Source of the DNA: Somniosus microcephalus
Lineage: Eukaryota
Direction of reading: 5' to 3'
Assembly (NCBI GenBank): GCA_052327205.1
Contig: JBMRGM010000040.1
Span: 35,960,001-36,024,000, forward strand
DNA length: 64,000 nucleotides
Part shown: positions 13,460 to 27,400 of the stretch, piece by piece
How the letters are laid out: every line of letters begins with the position of its first letter
How positions within the stretch are numbered: the first letter of the stretch is position 1
Notes under the pieces: generated by a model
Seen by the model: the letters and a program-made list of their open reading frames with translations, nothing else
Database searches by the model: none
Told to the model about the DNA's origin: nothing
Made by a program: the position numbers and the translations under genes

Positions 13460-14880
13460 GACAAAATTCTAAATTGTTTGTATTATTTTACTCTGTGTGG
13501 AAAAAACTTTGGGGGAATTAGAAACAATTATATCACCGGAAGATATTGATGTAATATCAGTAACAAAACATGCCTATCAACTGGCCAAGTGAGGAATATA
13601 AACATAGCACGTTATATTCTATTGAAGAGGTATGCAATAGAGAAGAATAGGTTGCACTGCGAATGAGGTAAAATCTGCTGTAGAGCGGACTAATTTACAC
13701 AAAACAATGATTGAAACAGAATCAGTATGTTCAGAGGTCAAAGATAACAAAGGGATTGTTAAATTACTGGGGTAGTAGTAATGGGCCCCAATTATGAAGT
13801 AAATTGACAGATCAGGGATGAGTCGGAATAAATTGTTGTTCTGAGAGGTCATAATTACCGAATAATCTATCAGAACAGGGATTAAAAATAGAGTAAAAAT
13901 AATGAACTTCATCAAATGCGAGGGGTTTTCAATCCTCAAGCAACATATTGGAACCTTACTGGAGGGGAGTTAATGTTAGACATAGTTACCAGTAATAATA
14001 TAGATCAGGGAGATGATTCATTTGTGGGAGAGATCCTTAGAGGTAATGACCATTATATTATAATTGATAAAGTCCATTAGTGAGCGAACACATAATGGAG
14101 AGAGATTGGGGCACTAGATTGGAATGGGCCATGTGTTAGAAAGAGGAAGCCTGTGCTTGGCAAGGTGAGATGGAAAGACACATTGGTACTCTGGGTTAAA
14201 GACAAGCAATAGGACATTTTGCAGAAGCCTATTGTAAAGTTGCAGGATAAAGATATACAATTGGAAATTAGTACTTTATCGTTCACAATCTTGTAGCTAA
14301 GAGATTAGAATCAAAATAAAATTGGAGAATGATCCATATTTAGTCGCCAAGATTAATTTAAAAAAATCTAAGAGTGAATATGAGAAAATAAGAAATATGG
14401 TAATGAAAAATGATAAGTAAAGCAAGGAGGGAGTGGGAGGATAGAATTTTCAAACGGTAGAAGAACAGAACCTTATTGTACAAGTGAATCAGTAAAAAAT
14501 AATTATTCATCATGAGGTGGTAGACTGAGAGGGGAGGATTGTAAGTCAGTACAGAACATAGCTCTGGGTGCTTAGCGATTTCTACATTCACGTGTTTACA
14601 GAGCAGAAGCTTAATGGGAAGTGGGTGAATCATGCACAGGTTAAAAGTAAGATCAGAACAATTAGATTAAATAAAAGGAAAGTTTCAAATCAGTTATTTA
14701 AGCTGGAAGTAGGGCAAAGTAGCGAGAGCCATTGATGAATCCTAGGAGATATGGGGGAAGACATTGCTGTAGTAATCAAATTTCAGTGTCCTATAGAGAG
14801 ATGATGTCTGCTGTAGAACTGAAGAGTGGCCAATACAATACACGTGTTCTAGGGAGCTAACCCGCAGAATCTGTTAACGG
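13460..14880 (+). mobile_element. Very degraded CR1 (endonuclease to RT)
   Basis: LNCLY..GELE..DIDVI-like endonuclease start, LDIV, NDH and DWRVAN-like motifs. Confidence 0.6.
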
Positions 14881-14924
14881 TAGAAAACAGAACCTTATTG
14901 TACAAATGTGTCAGTTAAAGGTAA

Positions 14925-15432
14925 TTGTCCTCGGCCTCTTCCATAGTTCCATGGAAGCTCATCGTAAGCTCGAGGAACAGCACCACATCTTTCGATTAGG
15001 CACTTTACAGCCTTCTGGACTCAAGATAGAGTTCAACAATTTCAGATCATAACCTGGCCCCTATCATATATATATTTTTATCCACTCTTTCTGTTCTTCT
15101 CTTCCACAAGGCTGCTGCCTTTCATTCTGCCAGCGCAATTTACACTTCATGTGGAGCCAGTCTTTGTTTCTTAACCTGTCCCATTAACATGTCCTTTTGC
15201 CTTGAATATCTCTTAATATCTCATAAACTTTCCGGCCTTCCATTCACAGGCCTTCCCTTTTGCCCTTTCGGGCACTCCCCCATTTCTCAGCCCCGACACT
15301 TGCTTAAAAATCGGTTCCATTTACTGCTGTTTTCCAGAACTGACGAAAGGTGATACACCTGAAACGTTAACTCTATTTCTTTCTTCTGACGCTGCCTGAC
15401 CTGCTGAGTATCTCCAGTATTTTCGGTTTTTA
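14925..15432 (+). mobile_element. Penelope-like element 3' end (GIY-YIG C-terminus plus terminal repeat)
   Basis: VLGLFHSSMEAHRKLEEQHHIFRLGTLQPSGLKIEFNNFRS* followed by gctgcctgacctgctgagtatctccag tail. Confidence 0.85.
15334..15374 (+). ncRNA. Degenerate minimal hammerhead ribozyme motif of Penelope element
   Basis: CTGACGA core (15340-46), stem II aggt/acct, GAAAC, palindromic AACGTT; stem I appears mutated. Confidence 0.6.
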
Positions 15433-15639
15433 AAGCTGCGGAGGTTAAATCTGTGCCATGGGAATGATCTGAAACTTTAATTCAAGATGAAATCACTACA
15501 AATGTAGCTGAAAGTAAAATAATCAGATGCAGCAAACACAGTTTTCAGAAAGTAAGAATATACTTGTCAAAGCGGAGAGAATTATTTGCGGATGTGACAG
15601 ATACAAAATATATGTTTGGCAAAAACGTTAAACAATTAT

Positions 15640-18600
15640 TTTTTACCTGTCTAAAACAATAGAAGACACAAGACTCGTAACAAAAATGGTGGGGAACCAT
15701 GGGTCTAAATAGGGCGAGGAACGTAATGTAAATAACATAAGTGGAGAAAAAGTACTAGATAAATTAATGGCACTACAAGCCGACAAATACCCTGGACCAC
15801 ACGGTCTACATGTTAGTGTTCTGAAAGAGGTGGCAGATGAGAAAGAAATATAGATATATAGAATATAGGAGCAGGAATAGGCCATTCGGCCCCTCCAGCC
15901 CACTCCGCCATTCAATGAGATCATGGCTGATCATCCAAACACAGTACCCTATCCCAACCTTCTCCCCATATACCATGATGCCTTTAGCCTCAAGAATTAT
16001 ATCCAACTCCTTCTTTAATATATTTAATGAATTGGCCTCAAATGCCCTGTGTGGAAGAGAATTGCACAGATTCGCCAATCTCTGGGTGAAGAAATTCCTC
16101 CTCATCTCGGTCATAAATGGCTTACCCCTTATCTTTGGACTGTGTCTCCTGGTTCTGGAATTCCCTGCCATCGGGAACATCATTCCTGCATTTAGTCTGT
16201 CTAGTCCTGTTAAAATTTTATAAGTTAAATTGAGATCCCTCTCATTCTTCTAAACTCTAGCGAATATAAGCCCAATCGACCCAATCTCTTCTCATAAGTC
16301 ATTCCTGCCATCCCAGGTATCAGTCTGGAGAAACTTCGCTGCACTCTCTCCATGGCAAGAACATCCTTCCTTAGATAAGGCGACCAAAACTGCAGACAAT
16401 ACTCAAGGTGTGGTCTCACCAAGGCCCTGTGCAACTGCAGCAAGTCGTCCTTGCTCCTGTACTCGAATCCTTTCGCTATGAAGGGCAATATACCATTTGC
16501 CTTTTTAACCGCCTGCACCTGCATGCTTACCTTTAGCGACTGGTGCACAAGGACACTCAGGTCTCGTTGCACTTCCCCCTTTCCCAATCTATTGCAATTG
16601 AGATAATTATCTGTCTTCCTGTTTTTGCTACTGAAGTGGATAACGTCGCATTTATCCAACATATACTGCATTTGCCATGCATCTTCCCAATCAACCAACC
16701 TGTCCAAATCATACTGGAGTTTCTCTGCATCCGCCTCAGAGCATACACGCCCATCCAGCTTTGTGTCGTCTGCAAACTTGGAGATATTACATCTAGTTCC
16801 CTCGTCTAGATGATTTCTATACATTGTGAATAGCTGGGGTCCTAGCACCCATCCGTGCGGTACCCCACTAGTCACTGCCTCCCACTCAGAAAATTACCCG
16901 TTTATTCCAACACAAGCTTCCAGTCTCCCAACCAGTTCTCTATTCAAGACAGTACCTTACCCACAATCCCATGTGCTTTAATTTTGCAAGCTAATCTCTT
17001 ATGTGGGTCCTTATCAAAAGCCTTATGAAAGTCCAAACACACCACATCCACTGCTCCTTCCTCATCTATTCTATCAGTTACATCCTCAGAAAATGCCAGT
17101 AGATTAGTAAAGCATGATTTTCCTTTTGTAAATCCATGTTGACTTTGACAGAGCCTGTCACTGCTTTCCAAGCGCTTTGCTATTACATCTTTTATAATGG
17201 ACTCCAGCATTTTCCCCACTACCGATGTCAGGCTTATCAGTCTATCATTCCCCGTTTTCTCTCTACCACCCTTTTTAAATTGTGGTGTTAAATTAGCTAC
17301 CCTCTAATCGATGGGAACTGGTCCAGAGTTTATGGAATTTCAGCAATGCATCTACTATTTCTAGGGCCACTTCCTTAAGTAACCTAGCATGTGGATTATC
17401 AGGCCGTGGGGATTTATCAGCCTTCAATCCCGTCAATTTCCCTAACACCATTTCCCTACAAATACTGATTTCGCTCAATTCCTCCCTCTCATTCGAACCT
17501 ATGTTGCCCGACATCTCTGGGAGGTTATTTGTTCCCTCCTTTTTGAAGCCAGAACCAAAATATGTATTTCATTCTTATGCCATATATTTGTGCTCCATTA
17601 TAAATTCCCCTTAATCTGACTGCAAGTGACCTATGCTTGACTTCACCAATCTTTTTCTAGATAGTGGCGGCTTTGGTTTTGATCTTCCAAAATTCCCCAG
17701 ATTCTAGAATGGTCCCAGCGGATTGGGAGGTCGGAAATGAAACACCACTATTAGATAAAGGAAGAAGAGTAATAAGAGAGAAATACAAACCAGTTAGCCT
17801 GACATCAGTCGTCGGGAAAATGCTGGAATCCATCGTTAAGGAGGCTGTATCATGGCGCTTAGAAAATCAAAACATGATTAGTCAGAGTCAACATAGTTTT
17901 ATGAAAGGGAATCCGAGCTTGAGAAATTTATTAAACATTTTTGAGGTGGTAACAAGCAGGGTAGAGAAAGTGGAACCAGGGAATGTAGTACATATGGATT
18001 TCCAAAAGGTATTCGATAAGGTGCCATATAAAAGTTTATTACACAAGATTAGGGCTCATGGGGTTTGGGGTCATTACAGTAGCATGGGTACATGATTGCT
18101 TAACAGACAGAAAACAGAGAGTAGGGATTAAACGGATTTTTTCAGTTTAGCAGGCTGCAACTAGCGGTGAGCCGCTGGGGTCATTGTTGGCGCCTCTGCT
18201 ACTTACAATATATATTGTTGACGTGGACGAAGGGACCGAGTGTATTGTATCTAAGTTTGCTTATGATACAAAGCTAGTTGGGGCAGTAAGCTGTGAGCAG
18301 AACATTAATGTCTGCAAAGGGATATAGATAGACTAAGTGAGTTGGCAGTAAGGTGGCAGATGGAATATAATGCATTGCAATGTGAGGTTATTCACTTTGG
18401 CAGGAAGAATAGAAAAACAGAATGTTTTTTAAATGGTGAGAAACTTTCAAATGTTGGTGCTCAGGGAGAATTATGTGTCCTCGTGCAAGAAACACAGAAA
18501 TCTCGCATGGACGTACAGCAAGCAATAAGGAATGCAAACGGCATGTTGGCCTTCATTGAAAGGAGATTTAAGTATAATAGTAAGTAAGTCTTGTTACAAT

Positions 18601-18690
18601 TGTACAGGGCATTGCTGAGATCAAAGCTGGAGTGCTCTGCACAGTTCTGACCTCCTTATCTAAGGAAGGTTACACCTGCCTTGGAAGGGA
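15640..18690 (+). mobile_element. CR1 host element split by a nested CR1 (15845-17657)
   Basis: ADKYPGPHGLH..LKEVA before the insertion resumes as IVAALVLIFQNSPDS...YKPVSLTSVVGK after it. Confidence 0.85.
15845..17657 (-). mobile_element. Younger 5'-truncated CR1 LINE
   Basis: ORFs with SGVPHGWVLGPQLF, KFADDTK, LVRPHLEYC; tail ctcctgctcctatattct. Confidence 0.92.
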
Positions 18691-19578
18691 AATAGAGGCC
18701 AACTATTAAAATTAAAATGGGTAGATATTTGTGGAGATAGAGATAACGGTAAGAGAAGGGGATTTCCAAAAGGATGATATTTAATGCAGAGATGTGTAAA
18801 GTGATGCATTTGGGAGGAATAAGGAGGGTAGGCAGTATTACCTAAATTATTAAATTGCACATGTGAAGCTGAATCAGGGCCATGGCGGTTGACATAGACA
18901 ATTATGTGAAGGGGTTAATTGGAGCTTAAGGTGTATAAACTGGGCACAACGTGCATCTGCTGCACTACTTTTTGAAGGGAATTATTCTCCGCCCACTGTG
19001 CAGATCTGAATGTCAGTGATACGGCAACTGAAGCATACTGAAGGAGGAAATGGACTCTATATAATTAGAACCGAATGGTGTTTGAACTCAGTTGACACTG
19101 GTGCTTATACCAAAATTTCAACCCTGTCACAAATATCACTCTGATGAGTAATCTGGATGGAAGAAGGAAGGAAAATTAAATACCGATAAGTAAAGCATGT
19201 AAAATATATCAGGCTTAATTGAAAAGTGAGAGCAAATGCTTGCAAAGGAAGCCTGTGGTTTCAGATCAGAAGCGCTTCACCTCGTCCAAAGAGGAATTTA
19301 ACCCCTGACAGCAAGAACAGTGCAGGAGAAAAAAGAATGTGCTCAAACAAATTGAATGAAAATATAAACTGGCAATCTTTCTGATACGCTTTCAACCTTA
19401 TAAAACACCCACATATTAGACGCAGTAGCACAGAGTTTCTTCATATATACATTTATTAATATAATTAAATTTTAGTTACTTCAAATACAGAAAGATATTT
19501 AATATTACTGATCATCACCTAAGCTATCAATAAATGGTCTTATTCGATTCTGCCCCCTGGTTCTGCATTCCACAAATA

Positions 19579-20066
19579 TCTTCTTCTTCTTAGGCAGTCC
19601 GTCAGAACCGAGGATGACTGGCTTCCACATTAAAAATGAGTTCGCTGGTGACTAATGAGTCCAATGCGTGACCTACCGTCTCTGAAACAGATGGGGCAGA
19701 CGGTGGTTGAAGGGGTGGGTGAGGTGAGAGCTTGGGTTGAAGTGCGCTCCTTGCTCTGCCTGCGCTTGGCTTCCGCTTGCTCCCAGCGATGAGACTTAAG
19801 GTGTTCGGCACCTTGCCGGATGCTTCTCCTCCACTTTGTGCGGTCTAGGGCCAGGGGTTCCCATGTGTCGGTGGGGATGTTACACTTTATCAAGCAGGCT
19901 TTGCGGGTGTCCTTGAAGCATTTCCTCTGCATACCTGGGGCTCTCTTGCCATGCCAGAGCTCCGAGTAGAGCGCTTATTTTGGGAGTCTCATACCGGGCA
20001 TGCTGACAATGTGACCCGTCCATCAGAGCTGATTGAGCGTGGTCAGAGCTTCGCTGCTGGGGATGT
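19579..20066 (-). mobile_element. RTE-clade LINE 3' end
   Basis: DRTKWRRSI and CPIC..SRIGLISHQRTH zinc-finger C-terminus, with a (GAA)n tail. Confidence 0.85.
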
Positions 20067-20069
20067 AAA

Positions 20070-20335
20070 GAATTTAAGAGACACTTCATCACTCAGTGAA
20101 TGGTTAGAAAATGAAACATGGTAGCACATTGAGTAGTTATCGATAATAACAGAAGCATTTAACGTGAACCTAGTTGGGAACATGCGGGAGATAGGAATAG
20201 GGGGATATGCTGAAAGTGTCAGCTGAATTAGAATTGAAATAGAGTGGGGGAGGCTGGTGTGGAGTATAAACAACGGCATAGACCTGTTGGGGTCGAATGG
20301 CCTTGTCTCTGTGCTGTAAGTTCCATGTAATTCTA
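20070..20335 (+). mobile_element. CR1 3' end fragment
   Basis: gacctgttggggtcgaatggcc...ccatgtaattcta tail. Confidence 0.7.
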
Positions 20336-20841
20336 TTTAATTTCAGGCTGAAGTTCACAGTGACAGCACATGATGTAAAGGGAAGCCTGTGTTTTCAGCT
20401 CAGACGCACATCAGCTCAGAGAGAGAGTAATTTAACCCCTGACAGTAAGAGCAGCTCATCAGAACCAAGAATGTGTATTAACACAGTGAAATAAATACCT
20501 TGTGGTAATTTTCTCATACACTTTCAACCGAATAATTAATAAATTATTGGATCAAACACCACCATGTGTGGTGCAGTATCAGGCTGAAACTCCATACTGT
20601 CATTTATTAATACAATTCAATTCAAATTATGAAAATTCAAAACGTTATTGCATATTCCACTATTATCTACTAAACTATGAAAAGGCGATGATGTTAGGGA
20701 GACCACACGAGCAGAATGGGATCAATCGGATGATACTCTTTGCCACAATGCAGTTTTCCAAGAGAATGACAGTAACTGAAGAAACTGATGATGCATAACT
20801 TCAGCTGGTTTCAGCTCTGAAAGGAAGTTAGATGGTCAGCA

Positions 20842-22550
20842 GTCATAGAGAGTCATAGAGAGTTATACAGTATAGAAAGAGGCCTTTCAGCTCATCGTGT
20901 CTGCGCCGGCCATCAAGCCCTGTGTATTCTCATCCCATTTTCCAGCACTTGGTCTGTAGCCTTGTATGCTATGGCGTTTCAAGTGCTCATCTAAAAGCTT
21001 CTTGAATGTTTTGAGGGTTCCTGCCTCTGCCACACTTACAGGCAGTGAGTTCCACATTCCAACCACAGTCTGGGTGAAAAGGTTTTGCCTCAAACCCCTC
21101 TAAACCTACTGCCCCTTACCTTGAAACTATTCCCCCTGGTTATTGACCCTTCGAGTTAGGGGAAAAGTCCCTTTCTATCTACCCTATCTATGCCCCCCAT
21201 TTTTTTGTGTACCTCAATCAAGTCCCCCCTCAGCCTTCACTGCTCGAAGGAAAGCAACCCCAGCCTGTCCAATATCTCTCAATAGCTGCAGCACTGCAAC
21301 CCAGGTAATATCCTGGCGAATCTCCTCTTCACCCTCTCCAATGCAATCACATCTTTACTCTAGTGTGGCGACCAGAACTGCACACAATATTCCAGTTGTG
21401 GCCTAACTAGCGTTTTGTACAGCTCCAACATAACCTCCCTGCTCTTATATTCTATGCCTCGGCTAATGAAGGCAACTATCCCATATACCATGTTAAGCAC
21501 GTTATCTACCTGTCCTGCTGCCTTCAGGGCTCTATGTACATGCACACCAAGGTCCCACTGATCCTCTTTTATTCCTAGGGTCCTACCATTCATTGTGTTC
21601 TCCCTTGCCTTGTTAGTCCTCCCAAAAATGCAACACCTCCCACTTTTCAGTTTTAAATTCCATTTGCCACTGTTCTACCCATCTAACCAACCCGTCTATA
21701 TCGTCCTGTAGCCTAAGGCTTCCCTCCTCGCTATTTACCACTCCACCAATTTTCGTGTCATCTGCGAACTTACTGGTCCCTCCAGTGCACCACTGGACAC
21801 AGGCTTCCAGTCACTTAAACAACGTTCGACCCTCACCCTCTGCCGCCTGCCACTAAGCCAATTTTAGATCCAACGTGCCAAATTGCCCTGGATCCCATGG
21901 GCTCTTATCTTCTTGACCATTCTCCCATGTGGGATTTTTTCAAAACCCTTACTGAAGTCCATGTAGACTACATCAAATGCACTAACCTCATCCAAACACC
22001 TCCTCACCGCTCGAAAAATTCATTCAAATTGATTGCACATGATCTCCCCCTGAAAAAGCCCCGCTGACTATCCGTGCTTAATCCTTGCTTCACCAAGTGG
22101 AGACTATTTCTGTCCCTCAGAGTTGTTTCCAATAATTTCCCGAACACTGATGTTAGACTCACTGGCCTATAATTCCCTAATATATATTCCCTCTAACCTT
22201 CTTGAATAATGGTACTACGTTAGTTGGATTCCAGTCCTCTGTCACCTCCCCTGTGGCCAGAGAGATTCTTAAAATTTGTTTCAGACAACCTGCCATCTCC
22301 TCCCTTGCCTCACACAGCAGCCTGGCATACATCCAGTCAGGGCCTGGGGACTTTTGCACTTTTAGCCTGCTAAAAGCGCTAATACCTCCTCTCTCTCAAT
22401 ACTAATTTGATCAAGTAATTCACAATCCCCCTGCCTGATTTCTATGCCTACTTCATCCGTTCCATAGTGAACACAGATGCAAACTATTCATTTAAAACCT
22501 CACCTGCATTTTTCGGTTCTAAACATAGATTGCCACTTTGGTCCCTACAG
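20842..22550 (-). mobile_element. CR1 LINE fragment
   Basis: LVRPQLEYCVQFWSPH and KSPGPD motifs; catagagagt tail repeats. Confidence 0.9.
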
Positions 22551-23769
22551 AGACTGCATACTGCGAATAATGTCAAGGTAAAGGTGGTGATTGTCATTTG
22601 CAAACTAAACAGCAGAAGAACATGTGTGGGATAGGAGATATATTGTGGGAATAGTCAGAATCAGAGCTTGGAGATGACGGAGGCACAAAGGAGTGTAAAC
22701 GTTGTGACAAGTGGAATTATGGGATGTAGCAGAGGCAACTGAACGGATGGTCCGAATCATAGTGACTTCGGCTATGTAGAGAGGCTAGAGAATTAGGATT
22801 CTTCTCCTTAGAGCACAGAGATTTCAGGGGAGTTTCACCAGTTGTGTACATGGGATGCGTGGCTTCAGTTCTGTGGAGACACTAGGGAATGTGGGATTCT
22901 TCCCCTTAGAGCAGAGAGTTCTAAGTGGAGATTTACCAGTGTGGTAACAGGGAAAGGGACTGAAGTGAGATGAGAGAGCCTGGGGCAGTTCGGGTGCAAT
23001 CTGCGTGAAACAAGCACTGATAAGCGAAGAATATGACCATATTTGAGGCAGAAGTTTAAAGTGACAGAAAATCCTTACGACAGAAACCTGTGGTGTCTGC
23101 TCAGAAGCGTGTTATCTCGGGCTATGAGGAATTTAACCCCTGACTGTAAGATCAGGGCGTCAGAATACAGACTGATGCTAAACATATTCAATGAAAATGC
23201 AGCGTAGCAATCTGTGATATTGTTTAAGTGTATAATTAGTTACTGCTTTGAATACCATCACAGATAGAATAATAAAATTATAGAACTTTAGAGCAGAGAA
23301 TGAGGCCACTAGGTCCAACCTGCCTCTGAGGCTCTTTCAAATACCCTCTCATATGTTTCTTCCACGGAGCCCTGAAAGTTGCTTTCTGTGCAAGCATTTA
23401 CCCAATTCACTTTGGGCATTTAAATTTGGAGTGCAGTAATGGATTGAGTCTTAGACATTCATTTATTAATAAAATTTACCTCAAGTCTCTTAAAATACAT
23501 GAGTGATAATATTCTACCTAGAATCTCCTAAACTATAAATTAAGGGCTGTGTACACAAACACAACGTGAGAAACAGGAGGATACAAACTGCCTCTTAGTC
23601 TTGTATTGTGCTACAGATGTAATTGTCCATTGAAATCAATGTAGATTGTTTCAGAGTTGAAAGAATTAAGTGAGTAAACTGCTCCGAAACTACAAATTTA
23701 AACCCCCTTTGCAAGAAAATGAAATCCTGTTGTTTTATATTTCTTTTATCTAAAATCAAGTCTTCTTGG

Positions 23770-24370
23770 AGCACGGTTGGAAATGTAGTAAACTTGACAT
23801 TGTAGTAAGCAGTGTGGTGGATAGCAATAGACTTCAGGAGGGCAGAGACAGGCTGGTGAAATGGGCAGACACATGGCAGATGACATTTAATGCAGAGAAA
23901 TGTGATGTGATGATCTTTGGGAACATGAATGAGAAAATACAATATAAAGGAAATGATAAAATGTTACATGGCATTCAGGATCAGAGTGCCTGTAAAGAGG
24001 AGAACTTGGTCAATATGTTCAACGAAAACTTTAAAGTCTGTGTCCTTAAAAGTAGAAGCATAAAGTAAAAACGGAAGAAGGTTATGCTAAACCGCCATGT
24101 ATCACTGGTTCGGTCTCAGTGGAAGCATTGTGCCCCATTCTGGGCACCACATATGAAGAAGCATGTCACGACCTTGTAGAGGCTGCGAGGAAATTTACCA
24201 AAATGGTAGCAGGGATGAGGATACTCAGTTGTGTAGAATAACTAGAGAAGCTGGTATGGTCTCCTTATGGCAGAGAGGTATAAGGGAAGATTTACATCAC
24301 TGGTTCCAGTGATGGTGAACTTCAGTTATGTGGAGAGACTGGAGAATCTGTGGTTGTTCCCCTTGGTACA
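23770..24370 (+). mobile_element. CR1 RT fragment
   Basis: LVKWADTWQMTFNAEKC motif. Confidence 0.75.
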
Positions 24371-24479
24371 AACCAAACATGTGCCCATAAGGAGGAAAGA
24401 TGGGGTTTCCGTAACTGGATTGCCGGATGAGAAAGGAATAGAGGTTAAAATAAACAGAGACGGGAATTTATGACAGATG

Positions 24480-27400
24480 TCAAGTGCAGAACATCACATA
24501 GAGTCCAAGTTTGCAGGCGGCAATTGAAAAACGATATAAGAATGGCAAAGAGAGATTTTGAAAACAAATTAGTTGATAACATGAAAGCGAATGCAAAAAT
24601 TGATTTGTGTGGAGTCAGAGAGCATGACTGAGGTACTGAATGAGGATTTTAGATCTGTCTTCACAAAAGAAGAGGCTGAAATTAATGTTTCCGTACAGGA
24701 GGGGTTTATATATATCGGATAGGTTAAAATAGATAGAAAGGAGCTTGCTAATAGGTTGGAATCACTCAAAGGTAACAAGTCACCTGGTCCATATGGGATG
24801 CATCGTACTTTGCTGAGAGAATCCATGGTGGCAATTGCCGAAGCTTTGACCACAGTCTTCCAATCCTCCATGGAAATGCGAGTGTTGCCAGAGGACTGAA
24901 GGATTGCAAATGTCACTGAATGTTCAAAAACGGGGAGAGAGATAAACCTGATAACTACAGGCTAATCAGTCTACCTTCGGCAGTGGGAAAACTCCTGGAA
25001 ACCACAGTCATTGAGAAAATTATTTGGTTTAATAAGGGTAGCCAGCTGTCACTTAATGAAATATATTTTTCAAGTATAATCGCGTTTGACTGACCTGATT
25101 GAGTTCTTCGATGAAGTAGCAATGAGGATTGATGAAGGTAGTGAACTAGATGTTGTATATCTGGAATTTAAATAATGTATCACATTGCAAACTCACTCGA
25201 AAAGTAGAAGCACATGGTATTAAAGGGACGGTGGTGAATTGTATTCTTAAATGGCTAAGGGATAAGAGGCAGTGAATAGTCGTGAACAGATGTTGTTCTG
25301 ACCATGTGCAGGTACATCCAAGGGGTCGGTGATTTTCCTGTTATATATAAATGACGTAGACTTCTGCATAAGGGATAACATTTAGAATATTGTGTTTGAT
25401 TCTAAACTTTGTAAGCTTCAGCAGGATAGCAGCAGACTTCAGGAGGTTACACTCAGAGTGGTGAAATGGGCAGAAATATGTCAGGTGCAATCTACTGCGG
25501 CTAATTGTGCAGTGAAGCACTTTGGGAGAAAAACCATGGATAGGCAGTATAAATTAAATGGCACTAATGTTAGGTGGTGAAAGAGAAGACAGAACCTGGA
25601 GTACATGCTCACAAATCATTGAAAGTGACAGGTCAAATTGATAAGGCAGTAAAACACGTGTATGGGATAACTGGCTTCTAAAAATGAGGAACTGAACACA
25701 AGAACAAGGAAGTCATGCTAAACATATACAAATCACTGGTTACAGCTCAGTTGGAGCAGCACCTGAAAGGGTGGTGGAATCAGCTTCCATGGGAAATTTC
25801 ATGAGGTCAATGAACATGTACTTGAAGAGCACTAATTTTCATGATTATGGGTTAAAAGATCGAGGGTAGGACTAAATTGGACAGATCTCTCAAAGACCCG
25901 ACACAGACACGATATGCGGAAGGGCCTCCTTCTGCAATGTAAGATTCCAAGATTCTAACTGAATAAGGTCTATTCAGAAGACCGTTTGTGAACAATTATA
26001 ATAATTCATGGCTAGGAGCAAGATCTGCCTTTGGGCTTAAAGGAAAAATAAACGTTAAATGATGTGCAGGTAAAAAAGCGGTCCATTTTGTGACTGGGTG
26101 AAACCAGCACTGAAACACAAAGGGAAGCAACAGGACAGTGGGTGTTCGAAAACACTGAGCATCTTTACAGAGCCCCACATGCGACCATACCACAGAACAT
26201 TTTGGCAAGTCTAGGTTGGAAGGTTCTTTATGGAATGGTTGGAGCCATTAACGGTGGGAATTGAGATTGAAAAACATTAAGTTTAAGATCAAATTCTATG
26301 CACAAACGGCAGCTGCAGCACTGTATTTGTTGAAGAACATTAGACTCCGCCCACTGTGCAGATCTATATCTCAGTGAGGTGCTCAGCTCCTGCACATTGA
26401 ATGTGGAAGTGGAGTTAAAATAAATTCCTAGACCTGAACGCTGCCTGAAATATTCATCAGAATGATTTACTTGTACAGACAGTACACACACGCTCACAGA
26501 TATCAAAAAGTACCTTAAATTGAGATGCAAGATCGAAAAGAGAACGAAAAATAAGTAAACAAAGGGGAAATGATCAATACAGAAGAGAACAGGAGCAGCA
26601 GTTTGGTGTGAAAACTGAAGGCTGCGGTTTCAACTCGAAGGAGCTTTTGTTTAAAGAAAGAGGAACTAATCTGCTCACAGAAATAATAGTTTCTTAGGAC
26701 CAACGGCAGAGCTAAAAATATATTTACTGGAGTATCCACTGTGTTAAGATGTTTCTCCTCCTTCTCTCTCCAACGCTCCTGAACCATAGAATCATAGAAG
26801 TGTACGACACAGGAGGCCATTCGGCCCATCGTATCTGTGTCGGCTGGAAAGGATTTTCCTTTGTCCACTGGACACCTTTCTGTTCTGTTCCACAAATTAC
26901 CATGTGTTGCCGAATCGACAGAAGAACTTTTAGTTCAACTGAACACCTTTGTGAAACCTCAAATCTCATTAGCTGATATTGTGCTTTATCAGACATAAAC
27001 TTAACCGTCTCAGTTCAATTAGTCTAATCTTTCCCCTTTCCTTTGTGAAGGAGGCGACTCACTCTGGAATACGGTTGTAAGGGCGTGGCTTTTCTGTTTT
27101 GCCCTCGCCTATAGTGGACAATTTCCATGTCTGAGCTCAGACGCTGTGTGTCCATGAACGGTTGATTACAGAAGGTGTAAACATCAGTGTCCTCAGTGGA
27201 TATCCACTCATCAACGCTGTACAACGGGGCCACGAGTTAACGATCAGCAGCGAGCACTCTCTCTACTTCTATGTACGCACTGAACCCACCACCTCTCCCG
27301 AAAATCGATACCACTTGCAATCTTTCAATGTTACACATGGAGAATTCAGCACCAGCATGGAACCGCTCCGAAAGGTTCCCAATCTAAAGTGGTCCACACC

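Noticed and set aside
20356-20400. CACAGTG heptamer as a V(D)J recombination signal
   Set aside because: No ACAAAAACC-like nonamer at 12 or 23 nt and no V/J segment nearby.
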